The notes: generated from the letters alone by a model not told the origin. A stretch of DNA of 64,000 bases from Nitrospirota bacterium (GCA_963737155.1 CAVTRN010000001.1:864001-928000), one strand, 5' to 3'; shown: positions 33,317 through 44,752, numbered from the stretch's first letter. Numbers and translations: made by a program.

Positions 33317-34540
33317 ATGGTGTCTATGCAAGATTCTCATGATAACCGGAAGGACCGCATCAACTCTTCGGTATTCCATCGGAATCGATGGCTGATGCTT
33401 TTTGTGGTTTGCCTCCTGATCATCGGGGCATATATTTTCTTGAACAGGGTAGATCGGAAGGCGCGTGCGGCCCAGCAAGGACCGTCATCGGCGCCGGCTG
33501 CCCCGGTTTCGGTGGCCCCGGTGAAAAAGGAGGATTTTGGCGTTTACCTTCCCGGCCTTGGCGCTGTCCTATCGTTCAACACCGTCACCGTGAAGACCCT
33601 CGTTGACGGTCAGATGACTAAAGTCCTTTTCCGGGAAGGTCAAGTTGTAAGTAAAGGCGAGCTCTTGGCCGAAATCGACCCGAGACCGTTCGAGGTCCAG
33701 CTGACCCAGGTGGAAGGTTCATTAGCCCGCGATCAGGCTCTATTGCAAAACGCCAAGGTCGACCTGGAGCGGTATAAGGACTTGGTCAAGAAGGATCTCA
33801 TCCCCACACAGCAGCTTGACACGCAGCAAGCCTTGGTGCACCAGTACGAAGGCATGGTCAAGACCGACCAAGGCCAGATCGACAGTGCGAAGCTGCAGCT
33901 GGTCTACGCCCACATTACATCACCGATCAGCGGCCGCATCGGCCTGCGCCTCGTGGACCCGGGCAACATTGTGCATGCGGCCGACGCCAACGGGCTTGCA
34001 GTCATCACCCAGGTACAGCCAATCGCGGTGATTTTCTCCATACCTGAAGATAATCTCCCGCAGGTATTGAGTAAATTCAAGAGCGGGGTACGGCTGACGG
34101 TCGAGGCGTACGACAGGGAACAGAAGCAAAAAATCGCCACCGGCACCCTTTTGACGATAGACAACCAGATCGACCCGACCACGGGTACGGTCAAACTCAA
34201 GGCCGTGTTCCCGAATACGAACAATGAACTTTTTCCGAACCAGTTTGTCAATGCACGCCTTATCATCGAAGTCAAACACGGCGCAATCATCGTGCCTGCA
34301 CCCGCCATACAGCGGGGGCCCGAGGGCACATTCGTTTATGTGGTGAAAGCAGACCAGACGGCGGCACTGCGTCCGGTCACCATCGGGGTCACTCAGGAAG
34401 GTAACGCATCCATTACGACTGGGCTGTCTGGTGGCGAACTCGTCGTGGTAGACGGAGCGGATCGACTGCGCGACGGAAGCAAGGTTGAAGTAGTGGGCCA
34501 AAACAGCGGGACCCCGAATCCTCAAAGGCAAAGCAAATGA
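33317..34540 (+). CDS. mdtA: RND efflux membrane fusion protein MdtA
   Basis: [41 protein letters not shown]. Confidence 0.9.
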   Translation: MVSMQDSHDNRKDRINSSVFHRNRWLMLFVVCLLIIGAYIFLNRVDRKARAAQQGPSSAPAAPVSVAPVKKEDFGVYLPGLGAVLSFNTVTVKTLVDGQMTKVLFREGQVVSKGELLAEIDPRPFEVQLTQVEGSLARDQALLQNAKVDLERYKDLVKKDLIPTQQLDTQQALVHQYEGMVKTDQGQIDSAKLQLVYAHITSPISGRIGLRLVDPGNIVHAADANGLAVITQVQPIAVIFSIPEDNLPQVLSKFKSGVRLTVEAYDREQKQKIATGTLLTIDNQIDPTTGTVKLKAVFPNTNNELFPNQFVNARLIIEVKHGAIIVPAPAIQRGPEGTFVYVVKADQTAALRPVTIGVTQEGNASITTGLSGGELVVVDGADRLRDGSKVEVVGQNSGTPNPQRQSK

Positions 34541-37500
34541 ACATCTCCCGCATCTTCATTGAGAGACCGGTTGCAACTACCCTCTTGATGATCGCAATTC
34601 TTCTTGCTGGAGCGGTAGCGTACAAGCAGCTTCCGGTTTCTGCCCTGCCAGAGGTTGATTACCCGACCATCCAGATCAGAACGTTCTATCCTGGTGCAAG
34701 CTCCGAGGTCATGGCCACCTCCATTACGGCACCGCTCGAGCGCCAGTTCGGCCAGATGCCGGGTCTTACCCAGATGACCTCGGCGAGCTCTGGAGGCAGT
34801 TCGATCATCACGCTGCAGTTCAGTCTCGACCTTTCACTCGATGTTGCCGAGCAGGAGGTCCAGGCTGCCATCAACGCGGCTTACTCCTTTCTGCCTCCGG
34901 ACCTCCCGACCCCGCCGGTCTACAGCAAAGTAAACCCCGCAGACACGCCGATCTTGACCATGGCGCTCACCTCAAATACGTTGGCTCTCCCGCAGGTTGA
35001 AGATATGGCGGACACGCGGTTCGCCCAAAAAATTTCCCAGCTGCCCGGAGTTGGGCTTGTGAGCCTATCTGGCGGCCAGCGTCCTGCAGTCTCTATTCAC
35101 GCCAATCCCACGGCTCTTGCGGCCTACGGCCTGACGCTTGAAGACGTGCGAACTGCCGTTACTGCCGCGAATGTCAACGAGGCTAAGGGCGGCTTTGACG
35201 GCCCGCGCCAGGCGTATATCATCGGCGCGAACGACCAGCTCTTTTCGAGCAAGGATTATCGGCCGCTTGTCATCGCCTATCGCAACAACGCTCCGGTACG
35301 CCTGTCCGACGTCGCAGATGTGGTGGATGATGCCGAAAACGTGGACGAGGCCGCCTGGATCAATACGTCTCCCGGTGTGATCGTGAATATCCAGCGCCAG
35401 CCGGGCGCCAACGTCATCGAGGTCGTTGACCGGATCAAAAAACTTTTGCCGCAGCTCCAGAATGCATTGCCCTCGTCCATCAAGGTCACGATCCTGACCG
35501 ACCGTACGACAACCATCCGGGCCTCGGTAAGGGACGTCGAGTATGAGCTGCTGCTTTCCGTTGCGCTAGTCATTCTCGTCATTTACCTGTTCCTGCGCAA
35601 CCTCCCGGCAACGACCATCCCGAGCGTTGCCGTACCGCTTTCCCTCGTCGGCACCTTCGGCGTGATGTATTTGATGGGCTTCAGCCTGAACAACCTTTCG
35701 CTTATGGCCTTAACGATCTCGACGGGTTTTGTCGTCGATGATGCGATCGTGATGATCGAGAATATTTCCCGCTATGTCGAAGAGGGGGAAACGCCGAAGC
35801 AGGCAGCCCTCAAAGGAGCCAGGCAGATAGGGTTCACGATCCTCTCGCTCACCGTATCGCTCATCGCGGTGCTTATCCCGTTGCTGTTCATGGGGGACGT
35901 GGTCGGCCGCCTCTTCCGGGAGTTCGCCATCACTCTGGGAGTCACGATCCTGATTTCAGCAATCGTTTCATTAACGCTTACGCCCATGATGTGCGCGCGG
36001 ATACTGAAGCATGTTCCCGAGGAAAGGCAGGGAAGGTTCTACCATACGTCCCAGCTTTATTTCGACAGGATCATTGCGGCTTACGGGCGGACGCTAAAAT
36101 GGGTTCTTCAGCACCAGACAGCGACGCTCGCTGTTGCCGTGAGTACGCTGGTCCTGACTGTGCTGCTCTATGCTATCGTTCCGAAAGGTTTTTTCCCCGT
36201 CCAGGACACAGGAGTGATTCAGGGGATATCGGAAGCGTCGCAGTCGATCTCCTTCCCTGCCATGTCCGAACGGCAGCAGGAGCTTGCCAAAGTTATCCTC
36301 AAAGATCCAGCCGTCGAAAGCCTTTCTTCCTTCATTGGCGTGGATGGGACCAACACGACTTTAAACAGTGGAAGGATTCTGATCAACCTCAAGCCATTGA
36401 ACAAGCGGGATGCGAGCTCGATCGAGATCATCAGGCGCCTCCAGCCTGAATTGGCCAAAGTCGAGGGCATCACGCTCTACATGCAGCCCGTGCAGGACCT
36501 CACGGTGGATACAAAGGTGAGTCGCACCGAGTTCCAGTATACGCTCGATGACCCCAATACCGACGAGTTGAAAACGCTGGCGCCGAAGATGATCGATGTA
36601 CTGCACACCCTGCCAGAGTTGCGCGACGTGAGCACCGACCAGCAGGACCTGGGGCTCAGGGTGGCGCTTTCGATCGATCGGAGCACTGCTGCGCGGTTCG
36701 GTATCACGCCGCAGAACATCGACAACGCGCTCTACGACGCCTTTGGCCAGCGCCAGGTGTCCACGATCTTTACCGAGCTGAACCAGTATCACGTCGTGCT
36801 CGGGGTCAAGCCTGACTTCCAGCAAGGGCCTGGCGGATTACAGTCGATCTATCTGAGCGGGACGAGCGGCAGACAAGTTCCGCTCGCTGCAATCACTCAG
36901 GTATCGGAAACAACAGGTCCCCTGATCATAAACCGGCAGGGCCAGTTTCCTGCCGTGACAGCTTCGTTCAACCTTGCACCGCAGGCATCGCTTGGTGAGG
37001 CAGTTGACGCGATCGAGACAGCGGCACGGCGATTGAATTTCCCTCTGAGCTTCCACGGGAGTTTCCAAGGTACGGCCCAGGCATTCAAGGCCTCGCTGAC
37101 CAATGAGCCGCTTTTGATTCTTGCCGCACTCATAACGGTCTATATCGTGCTGGGCGTATTGTACGAAAGCTACATACACCCGGTTACGATCCTTTCAACG
37201 CTTCCCTCGGCAGGGGTCGGTGCAGTGCTTTCGCTGATGCTCTTTCATACCGAACTCTCCGTCATCGCCATTATCGGCATCATCCTTCTGATTGGTATCG
37301 TGAAGAAAAACGGCATCATGATGATCGACTTCGCGCTTGAAGCTGAGCGCAAGGAAGGAAAGAGTCCTGAAGAGGCGATCTACCAGGCCTGCCTCCTACG
37401 GTTTCGGCCGATTATGATGACGACCATGGCCGCGCTTTTGGGAGCATTGCCCTTAGCGCTCGGGCACGGGGTGGGGTCCGAACTCCGCCGCCCCCTCGGC

Positions 37501-37620
37501 ATCTCCATCGTAGGCGGACTTATATTCAGCCAGGTCCTCACCCTTTATACGACACCGGTCATTTACCTCTGGTTCGACCGGCTTGCAGGAAGGGTTAAAG
37601 AAATCCGTTCCAAAAGCTAG
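34537..37620 (+). CDS. mdtB: RND efflux permease MdtB
   Basis: [50 protein letters not shown]. Confidence 0.92.
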   Translation: MNISRIFIERPVATTLLMIAILLAGAVAYKQLPVSALPEVDYPTIQIRTFYPGASSEVMATSITAPLERQFGQMPGLTQMTSASSGGSSIITLQFSLDLSLDVAEQEVQAAINAAYSFLPPDLPTPPVYSKVNPADTPILTMALTSNTLALPQVEDMADTRFAQKISQLPGVGLVSLSGGQRPAVSIHANPTALAAYGLTLEDVRTAVTAANVNEAKGGFDGPRQAYIIGANDQLFSSKDYRPLVIAYRNNAPVRLSDVADVVDDAENVDEAAWINTSPGVIVNIQRQPGANVIEVVDRIKKLLPQLQNALPSSIKVTILTDRTTTIRASVRDVEYELLLSVALVILVIYLFLRNLPATTIPSVAVPLSLVGTFGVMYLMGFSLNNLSLMALTISTGFVVDDAIVMIENISRYVEEGETPKQAALKGARQIGFTILSLTVSLIAVLIPLLFMGDVVGRLFREFAITLGVTILISAIVSLTLTPMMCARILKHVPEERQGRFYHTSQLYFDRIIAAYGRTLKWVLQHQTATLAVAVSTLVLTVLLYAIVPKGFFPVQDTGVIQGISEASQSISFPAMSERQQELAKVILKDPAVESLSSFIGVDGTNTTLNSGRILINLKPLNKRDASSIEIIRRLQPELAKVEGITLYMQPVQDLTVDTKVSRTEFQYTLDDPNTDELKTLAPKMIDVLHTLPELRDVSTDQQDLGLRVALSIDRSTAARFGITPQNIDNALYDAFGQRQVSTIFTELNQYHVVLGVKPDFQQGPGGLQSIYLSGTSGRQVPLAAITQVSETTGPLIINRQGQFPAVTASFNLAPQASLGEAVDAIETAARRLNFPLSFHGSFQGTAQAFKASLTNEPLLILAALITVYIVLGVLYESYIHPVTILSTLPSAGVGAVLSLMLFHTELSVIAIIGIILLIGIVKKNGIMMIDFALEAERKEGKSPEEAIYQACLLRFRPIMMTTMAALLGALPLALGHGVGSELRRPLGISIVGGLIFSQVLTLYTTPVIYLWFDRLAGRVKEIRSKS

Positions 37621-37667
37621 ACAATTATACGAAGTGAAAGAATAAAAGGTTGAAGAAAAGACAGCAG

Positions 37668-37911
37668 TTTTTACCGCAGAGAGGACGCTGAGAGAATTGA
37701 TTATTCATTCGCCAGAAAACTGAATAAATAGATTTACCTCATTTAGCAGCGAAAATTTTGGGAGAAGAAAGGAAGAAAAAAGACGGCGAAAAGGGGTTAA
37801 AGACTATAAGAATCTTTTGTTTCTCCCTTCACCTTATCCTGGTTTTCGAGCTTGAGAGTTTTTATGTTTGAATTTATTCACTGAACTTTTCCGCTTTTTC
37901 TGCGGTGTAAA
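37668..37911. repeat. Degenerate foldback/MITE-like insert between mdtB and mdtC
   Basis: Nested inverted repeats ACCGCAGA (37673-37680)/TCTGCGGT (37899-37906) and TGAATAAAT (37721-37729)/ATTTATTCA (37872-37880) in an AT-rich gap. Confidence 0.5.
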
Positions 37912-37947
37912 GTTTTTTCTGATAATGGATATCGGAACGGAATCAGA

Positions 37948-40900
37948 GTGAACATTTCAGCAGTATTCATTAAGAGACCGGTCGCAACAACGCTCCTGAC
38001 GTTGGGACTCGTGCTCTCCGGAGTGTTAGCTTTTCGTATGCTCCCGGTGTCGCCGCTTCCCCAGGTGGATTTCCCGACGATTTCGGTGCAGGCATCGCTT
38101 CCAGGCGCAAACCCGGAAACCATGTCCACGTCGGTCGCGGCTCCCTTGGAACGTCAGTTCGGTCGCATCGCCGGCGTTGCGGAAATGACGTCAACCAGTA
38201 ATCAAGGCTCGACGGGCATCACTCTGCAGTTCGACCTGAACCGCGACATCGACGGAGCGGCGCGCGACGTCCAGGCTGCGATCAATGCCGCGAGGGGTTA
38301 CCTGCCTGCCAACCTTCCCTCGAACCCGACGTATCGGAAAGTCAATCCCTCGGACGCACCCATACTCATTCTTGCCCTTACCTCGGATACGAAGACCCGG
38401 GCGCAGATGTACGATGTGGCCTCTTCCATCCTCGCGCAGAAGCTTTCCCAGGTGGGCGGGGTGGGACAGGTGTTCGTAGGAGGGAGTTCCCTGCCGGCAG
38501 TACGCGTCGAATTAAGCCCCATGGTGCTCTCGAAATACGGCATTAGCCTGGAAGACGTGCGAAGCGTACTAGCAAGCACGAACGTCAACTCGCCCAAGGG
38601 GCAATTGGCGTTTGGCAACAAAACGTGGGACATTCAAGCGAACGACCAGCTGAGAACAGCTGAACCATATTTGCCCCTGGTTGTCAGGTACCAGTCAGGG
38701 GATGCGGTGCGGCTTAGTGACATAGCTGACGTGAAGGAATCGGTAGAGGACCTGCGTAATGCGGGGTTCGTGAATGGCAAGCCGACCGTAATGGTCATCG
38801 TGTTTCGCCAGCCCGGCGCAAACATAATCGAGACCGTGGACAATGTGCGAGAGCTTCTTCCGCAGCTGAAAGCTGCCCTGCCCAGCGATATCGACCTTTC
38901 GGTTGTACTCGACCGAAGTCCGTCGATCCGCGGCTCGCTTCGGGACGTCGAGTGGACGCTTCTGGCGTCGGGCGTGCTCGTGATCCTCGTGGTGTTCTGG
39001 TTCCTGCGGCACGTACGTTCCACGATTATTCCGGCAGTCGCGGTCGCCGTCTCCATCATCGGCACCTTCGGCGTGATGTACCTTTGCGGCTACTCGCTCG
39101 ACAACCTCTCTCTTATGGCGCTCACGATTTCAACAGGGTTTGTGGTCGACGATGCAATCGTCGTCCTAGAAAACATCACCCGCTACAGGGAGAAAGGGGA
39201 ATCTCCCTTCCAGGCCGCCCTGTCCGGGACCAAAGAAATCATCTTCACGGTCCTGTCCATGAGCACCTCGCTTATTGCTGTGTTCATCCCTATTCTCCTC
39301 ATGGGCGGCATGGTGGGCAGGCTCTTTCGTGAATTTGCGGTAACGCTTTCGGCGGCAATCATGGTCTCGCTCCTCGTATCACTCACCACAACGCCTATGA
39401 TGTGCGCAATGATCCTGAGGCCCGAAAAGCAAAGTACACACGGCATCCTGTTCCGGTTCAGCGAATGGACGTTTAATTGGATGCACGAACATTACGAAAG
39501 GAGTCTTCGCTGGGCCCTCGGTCACGCCCGCTTCATGCTTGCTATCATCGTGATAACGGTCGTGACAAACGTGATTCTGTTTATCTACGTGCCCAAGGGG
39601 TTCTTCCCAGATCAGGACACGGGGAGGATTGCCGGAATCATCCAGGCGGCGCAGGACACATCGTTCCAGGCAATGCAGGGAAAACTACTGGACATTGTTA
39701 ATGTGATTAAGACGGATCCAGATGTTGACTATGTGATTGGCTTCACGGGCGGAGGCGGAGGGTCAACGACAAACACAGCACGGATGTTCATCTCGCTCAA
39801 GGCCTTTGGGAAGCGAAATAACAGCGCTGCACAAATCATCGCGCGTCTGCGCAAAAAACTGACCGGCGTGCCCGGGGCACCTACATACCTTCAGCCGGTG
39901 CAGGACCTGCGTATCGGAGGGAAGATCAGCAATGCGTTCTATCAGTTTACGCTCCAGGGTGAAAACCTTGCGGAGCTGAACGAATGGGGCCCGCGCGTGC
40001 TTCAGAAGCTGAAAAAGATACCGCAACTGGTCGACGTGAGCAGCGACCAGCAGAGCAGTGGGCTGGAGTCTACGCTTATGATCGACCGCGCCTCCGCTTC
40101 GCGGATGGGCATTACCACGAAATCCATCGACGATACGTTATACGATGCTTTCGGTCAAAGACAGGTTGCGGTCACCTATACGCTTTTGAACCAATATCAC
40201 GTAATCATGGAGGTCGAGCCTCGCTTCTGGCAGCGGCCCGATACGCTCAAAAACATCTACGTTCCTTCATCCAGCGGTCTACTCGTCCCCTTGGGCACTT
40301 TCACGCATTATGAACAGACTGCAACGGCGCTTGCGGTAAACCACCAGGGTCAATTCCCCTCGATTACAACGTCGTTCAACCTGGCACCCGGTGTGGCGCT
40401 CGGCGACGCCGTTAAGGCGGTCGAAGAGGCCATGCTTCAGATGGGCATGCCGCCGAGCATCAGGAGGATGTTCTCGGGAACTGCTCAGGCGTTCAAGGAC
40501 TCCCTTACCAATGAGCCACTTTTGATCCTTGCCGCGCTCATAGCGGTCTATATCGTTCTTGGCATATTGTACGAAAGCTATATCCATCCGATCACGATTC
40601 TTTCGACACTCCCCTCTGCGGGCGTGGGTGCGTTGGTCGCTATGATGATCTTCAAAATTGACCTCAGTGTGATAGCCATCATCGGGATACTCCTTTTGAT
40701 CGGCATTGTTAAGAAAAACGGCATACTGATGGTCGATTTCGCTCTGGATTTGGAGCGCAGGGAAGGGAAGAGCCCGGAAGAGGCGATTTATCAGGCCTGT
40801 CTCCTGCGGTTCAGGCCGATCATGATGACGACCATGGCTGCTCTTTTGGGCGCCCTGCCTCTTGCCGTGGGCAATGGTGTGGGATCGGAGCTCCGTCGAC

Positions 40901-41058
40901 CGCTCGGCATTGCTATCGTGGGCGGACTGATCTTCAGCCAGATGCTCACGCTATACACGACACCTGTGGTATACCTCTATCTTGACCGGTTTAGGATTTG
41001 GTTCGAAGCTCAGCGAGGCGGGAGAAGGCGAAATAGCATGGGACGAGATTCCCTATAA
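37948..41058 (+). CDS. mdtC: RND efflux permease MdtC
   Basis: [40 protein letters not shown]; follows mdtB. Confidence 0.92.
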   Translation: MNISAVFIKRPVATTLLTLGLVLSGVLAFRMLPVSPLPQVDFPTISVQASLPGANPETMSTSVAAPLERQFGRIAGVAEMTSTSNQGSTGITLQFDLNRDIDGAARDVQAAINAARGYLPANLPSNPTYRKVNPSDAPILILALTSDTKTRAQMYDVASSILAQKLSQVGGVGQVFVGGSSLPAVRVELSPMVLSKYGISLEDVRSVLASTNVNSPKGQLAFGNKTWDIQANDQLRTAEPYLPLVVRYQSGDAVRLSDIADVKESVEDLRNAGFVNGKPTVMVIVFRQPGANIIETVDNVRELLPQLKAALPSDIDLSVVLDRSPSIRGSLRDVEWTLLASGVLVILVVFWFLRHVRSTIIPAVAVAVSIIGTFGVMYLCGYSLDNLSLMALTISTGFVVDDAIVVLENITRYREKGESPFQAALSGTKEIIFTVLSMSTSLIAVFIPILLMGGMVGRLFREFAVTLSAAIMVSLLVSLTTTPMMCAMILRPEKQSTHGILFRFSEWTFNWMHEHYERSLRWALGHARFMLAIIVITVVTNVILFIYVPKGFFPDQDTGRIAGIIQAAQDTSFQAMQGKLLDIVNVIKTDPDVDYVIGFTGGGGGSTTNTARMFISLKAFGKRNNSAAQIIARLRKKLTGVPGAPTYLQPVQDLRIGGKISNAFYQFTLQGENLAELNEWGPRVLQKLKKIPQLVDVSSDQQSSGLESTLMIDRASASRMGITTKSIDDTLYDAFGQRQVAVTYTLLNQYHVIMEVEPRFWQRPDTLKNIYVPSSSGLLVPLGTFTHYEQTATALAVNHQGQFPSITTSFNLAPGVALGDAVKAVEEAMLQMGMPPSIRRMFSGTAQAFKDSLTNEPLLILAALIAVYIVLGILYESYIHPITILSTLPSAGVGALVAMMIFKIDLSVIAIIGILLLIGIVKKNGILMVDFALDLERREGKSPEEAIYQACLLRFRPIMMTTMAALLGALPLAVGNGVGSELRRPLGIAIVGGLIFSQMLTLYTTPVVYLYLDRFRIWFEAQRGGRRRNSMGRDSL

Positions 41059-41391
41059 AATCCTGTGACGGCAGCTTATATCGCCTTTCGGACGGGATAC
41101 GATACTGTTCATTTTCACCAGCCATACTTTGTTGCCTGACATGTCGTATCTCGCGACGAAACGAACGCTTTACGACGTATTCGACGATAGAGGCACCCCG
41201 AACGATATGTCAAGCCTTCTCTTTTTAAAGACAGCGTATGCCAGGGATTGAAGCCTGTTTCCTTCAATAATGATTACGTCAAGGACAACGCCGGAGTTTA
41301 AGGCTGGCATTTCAAATAAATAAGAAAAGAAGAGGGAATATCCTCTTGTCCCCCTTGTGAAACGCAAGTTAATAATACTGAAGTTCCTATC

Positions 41392-42267
41392 TTATGCGCT
41401 AATAAACAGCGCCCTTTCGATGGATTTGCGGTCCAGCATTTCTCCTATGACCACCAGACGGCTGTCCCCTATGTCCTTTTCAAACGGCGCCCTCTTCACC
41501 TTTTTGTAGACACTATCGAACAGATAGGGACCGTGGCTGGTATTGATCAATGCTTTGGCGCGAGCAACGGGCCCGAATTTTCCTCCGGCGATATCGTTGA
41601 AGACGCGGCTGATTGTTGTGAAGTCCATTTTTTTCTCCATTCGAATGGAGAGGGTCTCGAACCGGAAATGACAGTCGTTGCGACGGATCTCGCGGTGTGC
41701 CGGTGCTTCAGGCAGGGAAATACTGGGCACAGCGTTTACGGTTCGGAGAAGTACGGCACGGGGATTGATGGATCCGACCAGCTGCTCCGTGGCGGAGATC
41801 AATGCCTCCTGGGCGAGGTCGGTTTTGTTCAGCAGGAGAATGTCGGAATTCTCGATCTGGTCCTGAAAGAAGCTCCCATACATCCCTGATTCGCTCAGTT
41901 CCAGAAACTCCACAACGTCGATGATCCCAATGACCGACGCCCCGCCAAAGCCTGCGGTCTCGAGCGCTTCCAGCACACCCGAGGGCGATGCGACGCCGCT
42001 CGGTTCGATTAGCAGGCGTTCCGGAGAAAACTGTTTCACAATCCTCTGGATCGTCGTGATGAGGTCGAACTTCAGCGTGCAGCACACACATCCACTCGGC
42101 AGCTCTACGGTCTCGATGCCGCCAGAGGAGATTATCTCGCCATCGATGCCGACTGAGCCGAAATCGTTCACCATCACTACGGTTTTTTCTCCTACGCCCT
42201 GCAGAATGTTCTTGATGAACGTAGTCTTGCCAGAACCCAGTAATCCGCATACCACTGTTGTTTTCAT
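41392..42267 (-). CDS. CobW/COG0523 (G3E) metallochaperone GTPase
   Basis: GLLGSGKTT, NDFG, GCVCC metal motif, IEPSG, NKTD, CobW_C-like tail (RAKA...SRLVVIGE). Confidence 0.9.
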   Translation of the reverse strand: MKTTVVCGLLGSGKTTFIKNILQGVGEKTVVMVNDFGSVGIDGEIISSGGIETVELPSGCVCCTLKFDLITTIQRIVKQFSPERLLIEPSGVASPSGVLEALETAGFGGASVIGIIDVVEFLELSESGMYGSFFQDQIENSDILLLNKTDLAQEALISATEQLVGSINPRAVLLRTVNAVPSISLPEAPAHREIRRNDCHFRFETLSIRMEKKMDFTTISRVFNDIAGGKFGPVARAKALINTSHGPYLFDSVYKKVKRAPFEKDIGDSRLVVIGEMLDRKSIERALFISA

Positions 42268-42338
42268 GATTTGTCCTTACTTGTACTGATGATTCCCTTT
42301 TTGTCTCAATGGATTGAGCAACATTTTCATTTACTCTC

Positions 42339-42353
42339 GCAACGACAATGCCA
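42339..42353 (-). promoter_or_regulatory. sigma54 promoter for the CobW-like gene
   Basis: Minus strand TGGCATTGTCGTTGC (GG-N10-GC), about 70 nt upstream of the start codon. Confidence 0.75.
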
Positions 42354-42481
42354 CGAACTTAGCTTCTCAAAAATTACGGCACCGCATCACAGGGGTTAAT
42401 GTTACATTGCCATTTGAGCAATCTCTTGATTAACAGTAACATAAATAGCGGCTCTTAGTAGTATGAATAGAATGAGTAGCC

Positions 42482-42519
42482 TGGGGAAAAATGCCCCGCT
42501 GGGTGGGGAATAATTCTAC
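42482..42519. promoter_or_regulatory. Tandem palindromic enhancer (UAS) candidates
   Basis: TGGGGAAAAATGCCCCG and TGGGGAATAATTCTAC, starts 22 nt apart, between two divergent sigma54 promoters. Confidence 0.55.
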
Positions 42520-42755
42520 TATTTTAGATACGGAGAAGATCGCAAGTTATAATTTGATGCTCCTCAACGACATCCTGTGCGACCTTTTTTCCCGGGTTCA
42601 CGACTTTCTCACGAGGGCGGATGCGCGAAGACGAATTAATTAAACCAATTTTGTCTATCATTACCAGAGTTTACCGTTTGCTACTCCAATTACCTCGCAT
42701 CTCTGAATTGTTACTTTTGAGCAGTCGAATATCCTTCTCTGCCGATTTATTTCTG

Positions 42756-42771
42756 TGGCATCACTGTTGCA
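42756..42771 (+). promoter_or_regulatory. sigma54 promoter for the methyltransferase operon
   Basis: TGGCATCACTGTTGCA (GG-N10-GC, TTGCA). Confidence 0.8.
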
Positions 42772-42786
42772 ATTGATTGCCACGTC

Positions 42787-43119
42787 ATGAAGAAGACCAT
42801 CCTTTGTTCCTCCAATTCTATATTAATAAAAAACCTATATGGCATGTTAAGAGACGAAGGGTACCAAGTGGAAACCATCGAACATCCGGCCATGGCAGTG
42901 CAAATGGTCATGCGGAAGCGGTATGATTTTATTATTATCGATTCAGAACCGTTCGGACTATCCGGAGAAGATGCGGTCAAGATCATCAAGACCGTTGCTC
43001 CCGAAATACATGTCCTTTTCGTGGGGAGCGACTCCCGCGAAGACTACCGGCAAACCGCCGTACCACCGGTTGATCTCGAGATGCTAAAACGAACAATTCA
43101 CAATATGGCAATTGGATGA
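42787..43119 (+). CDS. Atypical (pseudo-)receiver domain protein
   Basis: CheY-like pattern (LRDEGYQVET, YDFIIID, GEDAVKIIK) but lacks the N-terminal acidic pair and the KP lysine. Confidence 0.7.
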   Translation: MKKTILCSSNSILIKNLYGMLRDEGYQVETIEHPAMAVQMVMRKRYDFIIIDSEPFGLSGEDAVKIIKTVAPEIHVLFVGSDSREDYRQTAVPPVDLEMLKRTIHNMAIG

Positions 43120-43148
43120 GTCATTCACTTGAAACGAAGGGAGATGCT

Positions 43149-44177
43149 ATGAAACCGAAAGAGGTATTGTTCAAGGCATTCGAGGGAGGTAAGACGGACA
43201 GGCTTCCTGTGACGCTTTTCGGCGCAGGTATGTGGAGCATCAAAGGCTGGGGCACATCGTTTGAGGCCCTCGCGCGCGACGCGGATACAATGACTGCGGT
43301 ACTGGTCGATATGAGCGCCAAACTACAGTGTGACGCAGTTTACGCCGGCTCGGGTTACAATAATTTTCATATCTCGGCGCTCGGCGGCAAGATAAAATTC
43401 CGGGAAATGGGCGCTCCTGATCTGGAAAATCACTTTGTGAATACCGAGGACGATCTCGCGAAGTTGGACTTGAGAGAACTTGATAAGGACGAAACGATTA
43501 ACACCGTTAAGAAAGCGCTGCGCCAGACTAAGGCAAAAATCGGTGATACCTATGCGGTGACCATGACGGCCTGGGGCCCCTTTACACTCGGGGCGAGGCT
43601 GGTCGGTGAAGAGACGATGATGAAAGCCACTTTTAAAAAGCCCGCTTTTGTCGAGAAGGTCGTGAATTTTGCTACGGATGTCCTGATTCATTTGTATGAA
43701 CCTCTTGTGGCCGATAAAACGCTCGAATTAATCAGTCTTGCCGACCCGACCGCGTCAGGCGACCTTATTTCCAAAAAACAGTTTGAGAAGTTCGCCGTTC
43801 CTTATCTCAAGAAATTCACCGACTGGGCAAAGTCGAAGGGCGTCCACACACTCGTTCACATTTGCGGTAACACCACGGATCGCTTGGACTTGTTCCCGCC
43901 AACGGGCGCAAGCTGCATTAGTCTGGATCACAAAACAGACATGGTAAAAGCGAAGGAAGCACTTCACGGTAAGATGTGCTTTGGCGGGAACGTTGATCCG
44001 GTTAAGATCATGCTGAACGGCTCCGTTCAGGACGTGGAAAATGCGTGCAAAGATGTGATCAAGGCAGCTGGCACAGATGGAGGTTTCGTGCTCATGCCGG
44101 GATGTGACATTCCACCGACCATTCCCTATGCAAATATCCAGAAGTTCATCCAGGTGGCGCATGAGTGGAAAGCGTAA
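43149..44177 (+). CDS. MtaA/CmuA (MT2, UroD-fold) Zn-dependent methyltransferase 1
   Basis: GPFTLG, ADPTAS, HICG and PGCDIP (HxC...C zinc ligands), GNVDP; SD AAGGGAG. Confidence 0.9.
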   Translation: MKPKEVLFKAFEGGKTDRLPVTLFGAGMWSIKGWGTSFEALARDADTMTAVLVDMSAKLQCDAVYAGSGYNNFHISALGGKIKFREMGAPDLENHFVNTEDDLAKLDLRELDKDETINTVKKALRQTKAKIGDTYAVTMTAWGPFTLGARLVGEETMMKATFKKPAFVEKVVNFATDVLIHLYEPLVADKTLELISLADPTASGDLISKKQFEKFAVPYLKKFTDWAKSKGVHTLVHICGNTTDRLDLFPPTGASCISLDHKTDMVKAKEALHGKMCFGGNVDPVKIMLNGSVQDVENACKDVIKAAGTDGGFVLMPGCDIPPTIPYANIQKFIQVAHEWKA

Positions 44178-44308
44178 CTTAAACGGTGCAAAAGGAGGTG
44201 AGGCGTTCGGTTAACACAAAAGGAGGTTAGTCAATGGGGATTATTGAGGTGTTGAAAAAACTGTTTTCCCGGGCACAACGTGCAACGGGCAAAGGGGAGG
44301 TAACAAAC

Positions 44309-44752
44309 ATGGCAGACAAGAAAATGACGTTGGAAGAAGTGAACGAGTACATGAAAAAGCAGTGTGGGTTCGTGCCACGCATGTTCCAGATCATCAACAC
44401 CGTTACACCGGAACCGGGCAGGACCTTTGCCGATTTTTACGCCAGCATCTTTGGCGATGGCGCCTTGTCCCGCAAGGTGAAAGAGCTGATGTTCATGTCT
44501 GGTGGCGTTGCTTACTGCTCGCCGCGCTGCATTATCCACGTGATCCCTGCGATCAATGCTGGTGCGACCACGGGCGAAATTTTCGAGGCCGCATCGGTTG
44601 GCATGATCCTCGCCGGTTTTGTGCCAGGTGGTCCCGGGATTCCCTACGCCTTTGAATACGCGCTGAAGTGCCTCGATATAGAAGCGAAGTTCCGCAAAGG
44701 CGAGAAGTGGGAGTACCTGCCGCAGCCGAAGTTCGATCATGGTGTGTTCTAA
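44309..44752 (+). CDS. Carboxymuconolactone decarboxylase/AhpD-like protein (alternative in-frame start 44234)
   Basis: GALSRKVKELM, YCSPRCIIH, AINAGATTGEIFEA. Confidence 0.8.
   Translation: MADKKMTLEEVNEYMKKQCGFVPRMFQIINTVTPEPGRTFADFYASIFGDGALSRKVKELMFMSGGVAYCSPRCIIHVIPAINAGATTGEIFEAASVGMILAGFVPGGPGIPYAFEYALKCLDIEAKFRKGEKWEYLPQPKFDHGVF

Noticed and set aside
42270-42786. Cobalamin riboswitch upstream of the corrinoid operon
   Set aside because: No B12-box or GCCACTG-type elements seen; the GGGAA motifs are better explained as enhancer palindromes.
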